From Clostridiaceae bacterium (GTDB taxonomy: Bacteria; Bacillota; Clostridia; Oscillospirales; QAMX01), in the NCBI GenBank assembly GCA_018384365.1, contig JAHAYX010000001.1, forward strand, positions 180,294-244,293: DNA of 64,000 nt, read 5' to 3'. Numbering within the stretch: position 1 is the first letter of the stretch; each line of letters starts with the position of its first letter. The position numbers were made by a program, and so were the translations under genes. The notes below the pieces were generated by a model. The model was given only the letters and a program-made list of their open reading frames with translations, did not search any database and had not been told where the DNA came from. Positions 27,448 through 36,156 of the stretch are shown one piece after another.

Positions 27448-28134
27448 TCAGAATTTCGGCTCGGAAAAGCCCTCGCGCTCGATCATGTTTTCCAGCACGG
27501 TGATATCGGCCGAAATATCCATGGCTTCTTCACTGAACAGGTTGTCCAGCTGTTTTTCAAACGCTGCCACTATTGTATCCAACATATCCTCAATCTTACG
27601 CATTGTGCCGCCGATATTTTCGCCTTCTATTCCCTGCGAACCCATGCGGTCATAGGCATTCAACAGCTTGATCGTCGTGGGTACATAGTAGTTCACGAAT
27701 TTGCGCGCGCGGGAGAGCTTGTGTGGGTTCGCCGTCACGTGCGCGAAGATCTTGCCCGTCAGCTCGGTCAGCCGGCTGATGCGCAGGGTGATATCCGGGT
27801 CGGCAATATTGTCGTTTAAGCGGTTCATTTCGCCGACTGCGCGCCGCCCCTCCGCAATGAAGGCATCCAGCTCCGGATTTCCCGTTCCCTCGGGCTCGGA
27901 TTCCGGCTGCGGTTCCGGTTCTTTTTCCGCAATCGGCGGCTTCTCCGGCGCCGGTTCGATTTCCTCATACTTCGGCTTCCAGATTTTCTGCGCCACCCCG
28001 CGGCAGAGCAGGGAAAACAGGGTGGCCAGCACAAAATGCTTGATGGAATACAGCGGGAAGCAGAGCCCATAAATGGCCCACGCAATGGCAACCGCATAAA
28101 TGGACATCACCGAAGATTTTTTCTTTTTTGCCAA
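27448..28134 (-). CDS. XpaC-like 5-bromo-4-chloroindolyl phosphate hydrolysis family protein
   Basis: Two N-terminal TM helices; RKFVNYYVPTTIKLL...AFEKQLDNLF...DISADITVL; upstream of telA. Confidence 0.85.
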   Translation of the reverse strand: MAKKKKSSVMSIYAVAIAWAIYGLCFPLYSIKHFVLATLFSLLCRGVAQKIWKPKYEEIEPAPEKPPIAEKEPEPQPESEPEGTGNPELDAFIAEGRRAVGEMNRLNDNIADPDITLRISRLTELTGKIFAHVTANPHKLSRARKFVNYYVPTTIKLLNAYDRMGSQGIEGENIGGTMRKIEDMLDTIVAAFEKQLDNLFSEEAMDISADITVLENMIEREGFSEPKF

Positions 28135-28169
28135 GCAGATCCCACTCCTTTCCTGATACGATCACTTTT

Positions 28170-28198
28170 ATTGTACCGTTCACGACCCGAAATGTCAA
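28170..28198 (-). promoter_or_regulatory. sigmaA promoter of the xpaC-telA operon
   Basis: TTGACA-17bp-TACAAT. Confidence 0.75.
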
Positions 28199-28251
28199 GA
28201 AATATCACACCTGTGCATGGGAATTCACAAATCATTCAAAGAGAAAGTATA

Positions 28252-28296
28252 TTGACATATGCCGTAAATATGGTACAATATAAGAAACATATGTCA
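28252..28296 (+). promoter_or_regulatory. Promoter of the NifB/NifX gene with two CATATG-centred operator-like sites
   Basis: TTGACA-16bp-TACAAT with TG extension; TGACATATG (28253) and CATATGTCA (28288) form an inverted pair. Confidence 0.7.
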
Positions 28297-28315
28297 GAAA
28301 CGGAGACGGTATCTC

Positions 28316-28726
28316 ATGCGCATTGCAGTTCCCTATGAAAACGGCCGGATTTTTCCGCATTTCGGCCACACAGAGCAATTCAAGGTATACGACACCGCAG
28401 ACGGACGGATCACAGACACGGCGATTCTCCCCGCCGCCGGCAGCGGACACGGCGCCCTTGCCGCGCTTTTGCAGGCACAGGGCGTCACCGCGCTGATTTG
28501 CGGCGGAATCGGCGGCGGTGCCCGTTCGGCGCTGGCCGAAGCAGGCATTGCACTATATCCCGGCGCTGCCGGAGACGCCGACGAGGCAGTGGCGGCACTG
28601 CTTGCCGGAACGCTGTGCTATGACCCCGACACAGTCTGCGCGCACCCTCACACGCACGGGGAGGGCCATAACTGTTCCCATGCGCACGGCGCGGGGGATG
28701 ACTGCCGCCATGGCCGCTGCAAATAA
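28316..28726 (+). CDS. NifB/NifX-family (dinitrogenase FeMo-cofactor-like) protein with His/Cys-rich tail
   Basis: MRIAVP...IFPHFGH...LICGGIGGGA; tail CAHPHTHGEGHNCSHAHGAGDDCRHGRC. Confidence 0.88.
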   Translation: MRIAVPYENGRIFPHFGHTEQFKVYDTADGRITDTAILPAAGSGHGALAALLQAQGVTALICGGIGGGARSALAEAGIALYPGAAGDADEAVAALLAGTLCYDPDTVCAHPHTHGEGHNCSHAHGAGDDCRHGRCK

Positions 28727-28751
28727 AGCCCGAATTGCCTGCAAAACGATG

Positions 28752-28796
28752 AAAAAGCCCCGGAAAGAGGTACAATTCCTCATTCCGGGGCGTTTT
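28752..28796. terminator. Bidirectional terminator between the NifX and DUF134 genes
   Basis: AAAAAGCCCCGGAA...TTCCGGGGCGTTTT. Confidence 0.75.
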
Positions 28797-28803
28797 CGAT
28801 TTT

Positions 28804-29178
28804 TCAGACATCTCTGCGGCATCCACAATGGCAGGCTTTGCCGCCGCAGGATTTCTGCGCACAGTCCTTCCCGCAGCAGCTGTCCGCATCCTGACAGAGC
28901 ACATAGGTTCCGCCGCCGATTTCCAGGCGTTTCCCCTCCACCAGGGCCTCCGCCAGCTTCCGGCGCGCCGTGCCGTATACGGCCTGCACCGTCGTTCGGG
29001 CAACGCCCATTTGCGCCGCACATTCCTCCTGTGTGCATCCCAGCAAATCCATCAGCCGGATTGTTTCATACTCGTCTATGGTCATGGCAATTACGCCGGA
29101 CGCGCCGAATTCGGAAGGCGCAAAGCTTTTCACGCGCGGCATCGCGCAGATACGCCTGTATTTCTGTGGTCTTGGCAT
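28804..29178 (-). CDS. DUF134 domain HTH protein with Cys-rich tail
   Basis: MPRPQKYRRI, DEYETIRLMD and QEECAAQMGVARTTVQ...ARRKLAEALVEG motifs. Confidence 0.9.
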   Translation of the reverse strand: MPRPQKYRRICAMPRVKSFAPSEFGASGVIAMTIDEYETIRLMDLLGCTQEECAAQMGVARTTVQAVYGTARRKLAEALVEGKRLEIGGGTYVLCQDADSCCGKDCAQKSCGGKACHCGCRRDV

Positions 29179-29249
29179 TCCGCCGCCTCCCCTATCTCAA
29201 AATCCACGGTTTTTCAGACAGTCAAAAGCCGCCGGAACCGGTTTGCGTT

Positions 29250-29279
29250 ATTATACCGCAAGATAGCGGCATATGTCAA
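29250..29279 (-). promoter_or_regulatory. Promoter of the DUF134 gene with operator-like site
   Basis: TTGACA-18bp-TATAAT; TTGACATATGCCG is identical to 28252-28264. Confidence 0.72.
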
Positions 29280-29848
29280 ATAATCCCCGGCAGACCATAC
29301 AGCGCAAGCCCCAGCAAACCGGCTCCCAGCATCACGCAGATCGGGTTCGGCTTCCATTTTTGCAGTACCAAAAACGCCACGGCAAAAATGACAATTGCAA
29401 TGCCGTCCAGTTCGGAAAACGCAAATTCCCACAGCGTGCCGCCCCAAAAGGAGAGCGCCAGAATGGAAATCCCCGCGGCCGCGATCAATCCGACCACTGC
29501 CGGGCGCAGTCCGGAAAGCACGCCCCGCACCACCCACAGCTCGCGGTAACGGGAATACAGCCACGCCAGAGAAATCACGATGATGCACGAGGGCGTCACA
29601 CAGCCCAGCGTTGCCAGCACTGCACCGGGCAGTCCCGCCAGCTGCGTGCCGACAAAGGTGGCCGCATTGATGGCAATCGGCCCCGGCGTCATTTCGGCAA
29701 TGGTGATCACATCGGTAAAGGCCGTCATGCTCAGCCAGCCATGCGTCTCCACGATCTGCTGGCGGATCATGGGCAGTGCCGCATAGCCGCCGTCGATGCT
29801 GAACAGCCCGATCTGGAAGAAGCTCCAGAAAAGTTCCAGATAAATCAT
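29276..29848 (-). CDS. Short-chain chromate transporter (CHR) subunit
   Basis: GLFSIDGGY, AEMTPGPIAINAATFVG and GLRPAVVG motifs. Confidence 0.9.
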   Translation of the reverse strand: MIYLELFWSFFQIGLFSIDGGYAALPMIRQQIVETHGWLSMTAFTDVITIAEMTPGPIAINAATFVGTQLAGLPGAVLATLGCVTPSCIIVISLAWLYSRYRELWVVRGVLSGLRPAVVGLIAAAGISILALSFWGGTLWEFAFSELDGIAIVIFAVAFLVLQKWKPNPICVMLGAGLLGLALYGLPGII

Positions 29849-30423
29849 CGTTTCTGCGCCTCCTTTTCGTGACGGCGCTGCATAACCGCATCACAAAGGC
29901 CGACGGCGGCGCAAAGCAGCACGCAAAGCGCCACATTCATCCCCAAAAGTGCGGAAGCCAGAAAGGTACCGGCCATAACGCAGACGGGTAAAATGCGTTT
30001 CTGCCGCACGATTCCCCGCGCCATGCCCACCACAACGTTGGCAATCACTGCGGCAACACCTGCCTGCATCCCTTTCAGAAGCAAATTGACAACCGTGTTC
30101 TCCCGGAACGCCTGATAGGCGAGCGAAACCAGCGAAATGATGATCAGTGGCGGCAAAATGGTGCCGGCCACCGTGAGTAACGCACCTGGCAGGCCCGCCA
30201 GACGGTATCCGACCAGAATCGATGCGTTTACTGCCATGGCGCCCGGCGAGGATTGTGCAATGGCGATCAGATCCAGCATTTCCTGTTCGTCAATCCAGTG
30301 ATATTGTTCCACAAAGCGTTTTCGCATCAGCGGCACGATGACATATCCCCCGCCAAAGGTGAACGCGCTCAGATAAAACGTCGAAAAAAACAGCTTCGCA
30401 TAAAACCGGAAATCCTTTTTCAA
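29845..30423 (-). CDS. Short-chain chromate transporter (CHR) subunit
   Basis: AFTFGGGY and AQSSPGAMAVN motifs. Confidence 0.9.
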   Translation of the reverse strand: MKKDFRFYAKLFFSTFYLSAFTFGGGYVIVPLMRKRFVEQYHWIDEQEMLDLIAIAQSSPGAMAVNASILVGYRLAGLPGALLTVAGTILPPLIIISLVSLAYQAFRENTVVNLLLKGMQAGVAAVIANVVVGMARGIVRQKRILPVCVMAGTFLASALLGMNVALCVLLCAAVGLCDAVMQRRHEKEAQKR

Positions 30424-30500
30424 GCCAACTCACCCCGCCGTCCAGTATAGCGTAAGCACCCGCAGATGTAAACCGTTCCCGCAGCCGGACAACAAAAAAC

Positions 30501-30528
30501 GTCCGGAGAACATCATGCTTCTCCGGAC
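30501..30528 (-). terminator. Terminator after plsY
   Basis: GTCCGGAGAA/TTCTCCGGAC with an upstream A-run. Confidence 0.7.
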
Positions 30529-30556
30529 GCAACAGAAACGCCTTTTCCCGCAGGAT

Positions 30557-31207
30557 TTATTTTTGTTCCGTTTTCCCCTGTGCAGGATCTGCTTTTGAAA
30601 CGGTCATATGCTTATTCAGCTTGATTTTGCTTTCTGTCCCGTTTTTCAGCCGGATGAGGTTGTCCTTATGCAGGATAATCACCCACGCAGAGATAAACGT
30701 CGCGCAAAACGTGAATACCACGTCGCCGCCGGAAAAGCCATAGACCAAAAACGGCATCGAAACCGCACCCATCACCGAACCCAGGGACACATAGCGCGTG
30801 GCAACCACAAAAATCAGGAACACAATCAGCAGGCCCACGGCGATCCGCCAGTCAAACACAGCCGTGATGGCGGCTGTTGTCAGCACACCCTTGCCGCCCT
30901 TGAACCCATAGAACACCGGGTACACATGGCCGAGAATCACAAACAGGAACGAGCAGATACGCCCCTCGTGTCCTAAAATCAGGCCGCAGAGCAGCACCGC
31001 AATCACGCCTTTCAGTGCATCACCCAGTACAACCAGCAAGGTCCGCCATACACCAAGCACACGATAGGCATTTGTCGAGCCCGCATTGCCGCTGCCCTGC
31101 GTCCGCAGATCCAGTCCCGTAAACAACTTTGTAAAGATAATGCCCGAATTGACGCTGCCCAACAGGTAGGAACCCACCGCACAGATCAAAATTTTGAGTA
31201 ACATCAT
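30557..31207 (-). CDS. plsY: Glycerol-3-phosphate acyltransferase PlsY
   Basis: YLLGS, GSGNAGSTN, GHVYP...FKGGKGV and HKDNLIRL...GTE motifs. Confidence 0.95.
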   Translation of the reverse strand: MMLLKILICAVGSYLLGSVNSGIIFTKLFTGLDLRTQGSGNAGSTNAYRVLGVWRTLLVVLGDALKGVIAVLLCGLILGHEGRICSFLFVILGHVYPVFYGFKGGKGVLTTAAITAVFDWRIAVGLLIVFLIFVVATRYVSLGSVMGAVSMPFLVYGFSGGDVVFTFCATFISAWVIILHKDNLIRLKNGTESKIKLNKHMTVSKADPAQGKTEQK

Positions 31208-31222
31208 AGCGCCGATGCCCCC

Positions 31223-32551
31223 TTACTGATCGTTGTCGTCACGCTCGCGTATCGTCATCCGCACCGGCGTACCGGTCAGGCCGTACACCGCACGGATGCT
31301 GTTTTCGATATAGCGCTTATAAGAGAAATGGAACAACTCCGCGTCATTGCAGAACAGGACAAAATGCGGCGGACGAATGCCGGTCTGCGTGATGTAATAC
31401 ACCTTCAGACGGCGGCCGCGGTCCGTCGGCGGCTGCACACGCATCACAGCGTCGCGCAGAACGTCGTTCAGTGCGCCGGTCGTAATGCGCAGAGAGCTCA
31501 TTTCAAAGGCATTGTTGATCAGTTCAAACAGTTTGTCCACCCGCTGCCCGGTCTTGGCAGAGATGAAAACGATCGGCGCATAGCTCATGTACGCCAGGTC
31601 GCTCCGGATGCGTTTTTCAAACTTATCCATGGTCTTGTCGTCTTTTTCGACCAGATCCCACTTATTCACGACAATAATGCAGGCCTTGCCCTTCTGATGC
31701 GCCAGTCCCGCGATCTTCGTATCCTGCTCGGTCACGCCGTCGTTTGCATCGATCATAATCAGGCAGACATCCGAGCGTTCAATGGCCATCAGGCTGCGGA
31801 TGACGCTGTATTTTTCGATATCTTCGTCAACCTTTGCCTTGCGGCGCATACCCGCCGTATCAATAATGACATACTTGCCGTATTCATTTTCAAAAGAACT
31901 GTCGATCGCGTCACGCGTTGTGCCCGCAATATTGCTGACGATCACGCGTTCCTCGCCCAGAATACAGTTCACAAGCGAGCTTTTGCCGGAATTCGGCTTG
32001 CCGATGACGGCAACCTTGATTTCCTCGCCGCGTTCTTCTTCCTCTTCCTCGGGCGGGAAGTGTTCAAAGCAGGCGTCGAGCATATCACCGGTGCCATGGC
32101 CATGCAGGGCGGACAGGGCAATCGGATCCCCCAGGCCCATGCCATAGAACTCATAAAAATCCGCCGGCGGTTCGCCCACGGTATCAATTTTATTCACGCA
32201 CAGCACAATCGGCTTGCCGCTGCGCTGCAGCATCACGGCCACATCGTCATCCGCGGCGGTCACGCCGGACTTGATATCCGTGATAAAGACGATCACATCC
32301 GCGCTTTCGATGGCCATATTGGCCTGCCGGCGCATGAATTTCAGCATTTCGTCGCCGGTGTGCGGCTCAATGCCGCCCGTGTCGATCACAACGAAATCAC
32401 GGCCGCGCCAGTTGCTTTCGCCGTAAATTCTGTCGCGCGTGACGCCCGGCTGGTCATCCACGATGGAGACCTTATGTCCCGTGAGCCGGTTAAAGAGGAG
32501 GGACTTGCCCACGTTGGGGCGTCCCACTATCGCAACGATTGGTTTTGACAT
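31223..32551 (-). CDS. der: Ribosome biogenesis GTPase Der/EngA
   Basis: Tandem G-domains (GRPNVGKS, GKPNSGKS), PGVTRD and KH-like C-terminus. Confidence 0.96.
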   Translation of the reverse strand: MSKPIVAIVGRPNVGKSLLFNRLTGHKVSIVDDQPGVTRDRIYGESNWRGRDFVVIDTGGIEPHTGDEMLKFMRRQANMAIESADVIVFITDIKSGVTAADDDVAVMLQRSGKPIVLCVNKIDTVGEPPADFYEFYGMGLGDPIALSALHGHGTGDMLDACFEHFPPEEEEEERGEEIKVAVIGKPNSGKSSLVNCILGEERVIVSNIAGTTRDAIDSSFENEYGKYVIIDTAGMRRKAKVDEDIEKYSVIRSLMAIERSDVCLIMIDANDGVTEQDTKIAGLAHQKGKACIIVVNKWDLVEKDDKTMDKFEKRIRSDLAYMSYAPIVFISAKTGQRVDKLFELINNAFEMSSLRITTGALNDVLRDAVMRVQPPTDRGRRLKVYYITQTGIRPPHFVLFCNDAELFHFSYKRYIENSIRAVYGLTGTPVRMTIRERDDNDQ

Positions 32552-32615
32552 ATGCTGCCGCCCGTTATCCGGGCACTCCTTTCTTTCTGTCAGACTGCAT
32601 TGCGGCTTACCCGCC

Positions 32616-33935
32616 TTACTTTTCCAATGTTTTTCCCAGGATAGCCTCGGCAAACGACCGTCCATCCACCTTCACGGGAAGAACCGGCACGCCAAGCGCC
32701 GCCGAGAGCTCCTCCACGGTCATATCGTCCAAAAAGACGCGTTCGCCGTATTTCAGCATCACTTCCGGAATGAACAGCCGCTCGCCAAGCGGCTTTCCGG
32801 AGAGCTGCGCGAGCAGATCCTGCCCTGTTACCAGACCCGCCACCGTGATCTGGCTGCCGAAAAAGCGGTTTTCCACCGCATAAACAGTATGTGCGCATTT
32901 GTGGATATTATCGCACGATTCCATCAGAAGTGCAACCATTCTGCGCATAAAACTTTCCGCTGCGACTCCCGTTGCAACGGAAAACGGCGCAATCACCGCG
33001 CCGCGCGGAAAGGCCGCGGCGGCTTCCCGCACTTCGTCCTCAAAGGACGCCATCAGGCCCACGCCGTTTTCGATCTGTGGAAAATCTTCATAATATTCGC
33101 TCGCCGGGACCGGCAGTCCCGCCTTCAGGTAAAACTCATCCGCGCAATAAATCACGCGCGTGCCGTACCGCTCCAGGCAGGCCTCGCCGAAGCGGTTGGC
33201 CGTGTCAATGATCTCACGCGCTTTTTCGGCGTCCACCGGGCGTAAAGGACACAGCCCTTCCCTGTGATCGGAGAGTCCCACCGGCACAATCGACACGCTG
33301 GGCACGGCCGGGAAGAGCGCAATCAGGTCGGAAAGCGTTTTTTCCAGCAGTTCCCCGTCGTTATATCCCGGGCAGAGCACGATCTGACAGTTCATCGAAA
33401 TCCGATGCTCCGCCAGCCGGTTCATAATGGCAAGGCATTCGCCTGCACGGGGATTGCGCAGCATACGCCGCCGCGCCTCCGGATCCGTGACGTGCACGCT
33501 GACGTTCACCGGGCTGATGCGCATTTCGCAGATGCGCTCCAGGTCATGCTCCGTCAGGTTCGTCAGGCTGATATAGTTGCCCATCAGGAACGACATCCGC
33601 ACATCGTCATCCTTAAAATACAGTGTTTCGCGCATTCCCTTCGGCAGCTGGTCGATAAAACAGAACACGCAGCGGTTTGCGCAGTGACGCGCCTTGTCCA
33701 TCAGATAGTCGTCAAAGCCGACGCCCAGTTCCTCGCCCTCATCCTTCCGGACGCGCACAGTGCGTTCCCGGCCCTGCGCATCCCGCACGCGCACGCGCAG
33801 GCGGGCATCGTAGGTATAATATTTGAGGTCGATCACGTCATGAATTTCATGCCCGTCAATCGACAAAATCTCGTCTCCCGCGTGAAGCTTTGCGCGTGCG
33901 GCGGGACCGCCTTCCCTAATCGAACAGATTTTCAA
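32616..33935 (-). CDS. PDZ + DUF512 radical SAM protein
   Basis: CANRCVFC (CxxxCxxC), DQLPKGMRETLYFKDDD and QIENGVG motifs; usual neighbour of der. Confidence 0.88.
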   Translation of the reverse strand: MKICSIREGGPAARAKLHAGDEILSIDGHEIHDVIDLKYYTYDARLRVRVRDAQGRERTVRVRKDEGEELGVGFDDYLMDKARHCANRCVFCFIDQLPKGMRETLYFKDDDVRMSFLMGNYISLTNLTEHDLERICEMRISPVNVSVHVTDPEARRRMLRNPRAGECLAIMNRLAEHRISMNCQIVLCPGYNDGELLEKTLSDLIALFPAVPSVSIVPVGLSDHREGLCPLRPVDAEKAREIIDTANRFGEACLERYGTRVIYCADEFYLKAGLPVPASEYYEDFPQIENGVGLMASFEDEVREAAAAFPRGAVIAPFSVATGVAAESFMRRMVALLMESCDNIHKCAHTVYAVENRFFGSQITVAGLVTGQDLLAQLSGKPLGERLFIPEVMLKYGERVFLDDMTVEELSAALGVPVLPVKVDGRSFAEAILGKTLEK

Positions 33936-33979
33936 GCACGTTCGCCTCCCTTTTCGTCAGATACCGCGTTTTTTGCACA

Positions 33980-34016
33980 CAAAAAACGGGAAGGCAAAGT
34001 GCCTTCCCCTTCTTTG
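33980..34016 (-). terminator. Terminator after rpmF
   Basis: GGGAAGGCA/TGCCTTCCC with an A-run. Confidence 0.7.
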
Positions 34017-34019
34017 AAG

Positions 34020-34211
34020 TTATTTCGCTGCCTCGGCAACCTTCACGACTTCACGGCCATTGTAGTGACCGCAAGCCTTGCACATTCTGTGGGACAGAAC
34101 AGCCTGGCCGCAATTCGGGCACTTGACAAGACCCGGCAGTTCCAGCTTCCAGTGAGCGCTGCGGCGCTTGTCTCTCCTCGTTTTCGATACTCTTCTCTTA
34201 GGCTCAGCCAT
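34020..34211 (-). CDS. rpmF: 50S ribosomal protein L32 (Zn-binding form)
   Basis: [17 protein letters not shown]...CPNCG...[12 protein letters not shown]. Confidence 0.96.
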   Translation of the reverse strand: MAEPKRRVSKTRRDKRRSAHWKLELPGLVKCPNCGQAVLSHRMCKACGHYNGREVVKVAEAAK

Positions 34212-34282
34212 GTATGACACCTCCTTGGCAAATCTCAAAAGGGGTTTTGTGCGATGTATATCCAGTTTAACAGGATCAAATT

Positions 34283-34786
34283 TTATTCGCCGCGGTGAAG
34301 CAGATCCGCCAGCGCAGCAAACCGTTCGTCCACCTCCGGCGCACAACCGCAGGGGCCTTCGTTCAGATCGGCGCCGCATCTTGCGCACAGACCCGCACAA
34401 TCCTCGCGGCACAGCGTACTCATCTGTGCTTCCAGCACGATGGTTTCCTGCGCAACCTCATCGAGGTCGATCGTGCTGTTGTCCAGCAGCAGGATTTCGT
34501 CACTGTCCTCTTCGTTTTCCACGCTGTCCGCCATCGGACGTTCCACATGGAGCACCGTCGGAATGGAAAGCGGCTTCAGGCAGCGCGCGCAGCGCGTTTC
34601 CACGCAAAACGCAAGATCCATGTGCAGCAGGAACAGATCCGCGCGATGCTCCGCATAGCCGGAGACACGCACCGGTTCCGGAATCGGATACTCGCCGTAA
34701 AGTTCCAGCTCCGCAAGGTTCAGCGTATAGTCAAATGAAATGACCTCACCGGATACCGCCCGGATCGGCAGAATATCCAGCCGCAT
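34283..34786 (-). CDS. YceD/DUF177 family protein
   Basis: CARCL and [14 protein letters not shown] motifs; upstream of rpmF. Confidence 0.9.
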   Translation of the reverse strand: MRLDILPIRAVSGEVISFDYTLNLAELELYGEYPIPEPVRVSGYAEHRADLFLLHMDLAFCVETRCARCLKPLSIPTVLHVERPMADSVENEEDSDEILLLDNSTIDLDEVAQETIVLEAQMSTLCREDCAGLCARCGADLNEGPCGCAPEVDERFAALADLLHRGE

Positions 34787-34814
34787 GTTTCACCTCTCAA
34801 AGCGCTACCCAAGC

Positions 34815-34843
34815 ATTATACCGCAAGGTTTACCGTTTGTCAA
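34815..34843 (-). promoter_or_regulatory. Consensus sigmaA promoter of yceD-rpmF
   Basis: TTGACA-17bp-TATAAT. Confidence 0.85.
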
Positions 34844-35036
34844 TTATTATTTCTGCCCTATTTTCGGTTTTTCAGAGCAATTTTCCCTGAGAAACGCATA
34901 CAAAAACGACCGCCGTTCCCGGCGCAAGGCGCTCTCGCCCATCTTATATAAGGAGAAACGGTGTTTCCCCGCTTTTGGGCACATCGGGAAGCGACGGCGG
35001 ACCGGCAGGTTCTGCCTTTCCGGCGCCTATTGCGAG

Positions 35037-35071
35037 AAAAAACCGCGCACCCTTGAGCGATGCGCGGTTTT
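35037..35071 (-). terminator. Terminator after tRNA-Gln
   Basis: AAAACCGCGCA/TGCGCGGTTTT. Confidence 0.75.
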
Positions 35072-35093
35072 CTTCGGCCGGGAAACCCGGTTT

Positions 35094-35167
35094 TGGCTGC
35101 GTGACTAGGATTCGAACCCAGACAAACTGATCCAGAGTCAGTTGTGCTACCCTTACACAATCACGCA
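35094..35167 (-). tRNA. tRNA-Gln (anticodon CTG)
   Basis: Cloverleaf TGCGTGA...ACTGA-CTCTGGA-TCAGT...CTGGG-TTCGAAT-CCTAG-TCACGCA-G-CCA. Confidence 0.95.
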
Positions 35168-35179
35168 ATGGCAAGGGTT

Positions 35180-35208
35180 ATTATACTGTCATTGTTTTGA
35201 TTTGTCAA
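35180..35208 (-). promoter_or_regulatory. Consensus sigmaA promoter of tRNA-Gln
   Basis: TTGACA-17bp-TATAAT with an AT-rich UP-like region. Confidence 0.85.
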
Positions 35209-35261
35209 TAGGGTTTTTCAAATTTTTTTGAAATTTGTGCAGGAAAACCCGGAATTAGCTC

Positions 35262-35290
35262 TTGCATTTCAAGAAGCCTTGTGTTATGAT
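35262..35290 (+). promoter_or_regulatory. sigmaA promoter of rpmB-rplS
   Basis: TTGCAT-17bp-TATGAT with TG extension. Confidence 0.65.
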
Positions 35291-35434
35291 AATAAGCACT
35301 GCGGGTATGATTCCACGTGTTTTTCCGCATTTTCTGCGAAAAAACCGTCCGGCTTTCCCGCGAGAAGGTTTTCCTTTGCATCCCGCACGGGATACGAAGG
35401 GAAGAAGTAAACCCTACTAGTAGGAGGTGTCACT

Positions 35435-35623
35435 ATGGCAAAGTGCCAGTTCTGCGGCAAGGGCGTGAATTTTGGCATCACCGTGTCGCACTCGCACATC
35501 CGTACCAACCGCACCTTCAAGCCGAACGTGAAAAGAGTCAAGGCTCTCGTAAACGGCACGCCGAAGCACGTTTACGTTTGCACGAGATGCCTGCGCTCCG
35601 GTAAGGTCCAGCGCGCGGTCTGA
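35435..35623 (+). CDS. rpmB: 50S ribosomal protein L28
   Basis: MAKCQFCGK...VSHSHIRTNRTFKPNV...VCTRCLRSG. Confidence 0.97.
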   Translation: MAKCQFCGKGVNFGITVSHSHIRTNRTFKPNVKRVKALVNGTPKHVYVCTRCLRSGKVQRAV

Positions 35624-35677
35624 GTACAGCGAATGCCGATTGTTCCGGCGATCGGGTTATAAATGAGCCGGAAGCCA

Positions 35678-35730
35678 AGACGGATAGTCCTCTGCCGCAA
35701 GCCGCCGCACGGCGCAGGCATGAATGTCTG
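35678..35730 (+). promoter_or_regulatory. L19 leader-like RNA
   Basis: AGAC..GTCCTCTG...ATGAATGTCT hairpin directly before the rplS RBS, resembling the Firmicutes L19 leader. Confidence 0.6.
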
Positions 35731-35753
35731 AGATGAAGGGAGGAAACACTAGT

Positions 35754-36092
35754 ATGGATTTGATTAAGGCCATGACCCAGAGCCAGCTCAAGGAGATCCC
35801 CGAGATCAGCATTGGCGATACCCTGCGTATCCACAATAAGATCAAGGAAGGAACCCGCGAGAGAATTCAGCTCTTTGAAGGTACGCTCATCGCCAGAAAG
35901 CATGGCGGCATCAGCGAGACCATCACCCTCCGCCGTATGTCCTACGGCATCGGAGTTGAGAAGACTTTCCCGCTCCATTCCCCCAACATTGCCAAGATCG
36001 AAGTGATTCGCCGCGGTAAAGTCCGCCGTGCGAAGCTCTACTATCTGCGCGGCAGAGTTGGTAAGGCAGCAAAGGTCAAACAGGATATCTAA
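35754..36092 (+). CDS. rplS: 50S ribosomal protein L19
   Basis: [13 protein letters not shown] and [13 protein letters not shown] motifs. Confidence 0.98.
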   Translation: MDLIKAMTQSQLKEIPEISIGDTLRIHNKIKEGTRERIQLFEGTLIARKHGGISETITLRRMSYGIGVEKTFPLHSPNIAKIEVIRRGKVRRAKLYYLRGRVGKAAKVKQDI

Positions 36093-36156
36093 CTCAATCG
36101 GGTTTGAGCATTGGAGGGGGGCGGAAGCCTCCCTTTGTTGCATTTGGAGGAATTTG

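Noticed and set aside
26277-28134. Tellurite-resistance (ter) island
   Set aside because: There are no terA-Z genes; TelA/XpaC is a separate envelope-related pair.
28316-28726. Nitrogen fixation inferred from the NifB/NifX domain
   Set aside because: The domain is common in non-diazotrophic anaerobes, and there are no nif genes here.
34787-35230. tRNA-Gln as an integration site for an island
   Set aside because: There is no integrase, I saw no duplicated tRNA 3' end in the window, and both flanks are core genes.
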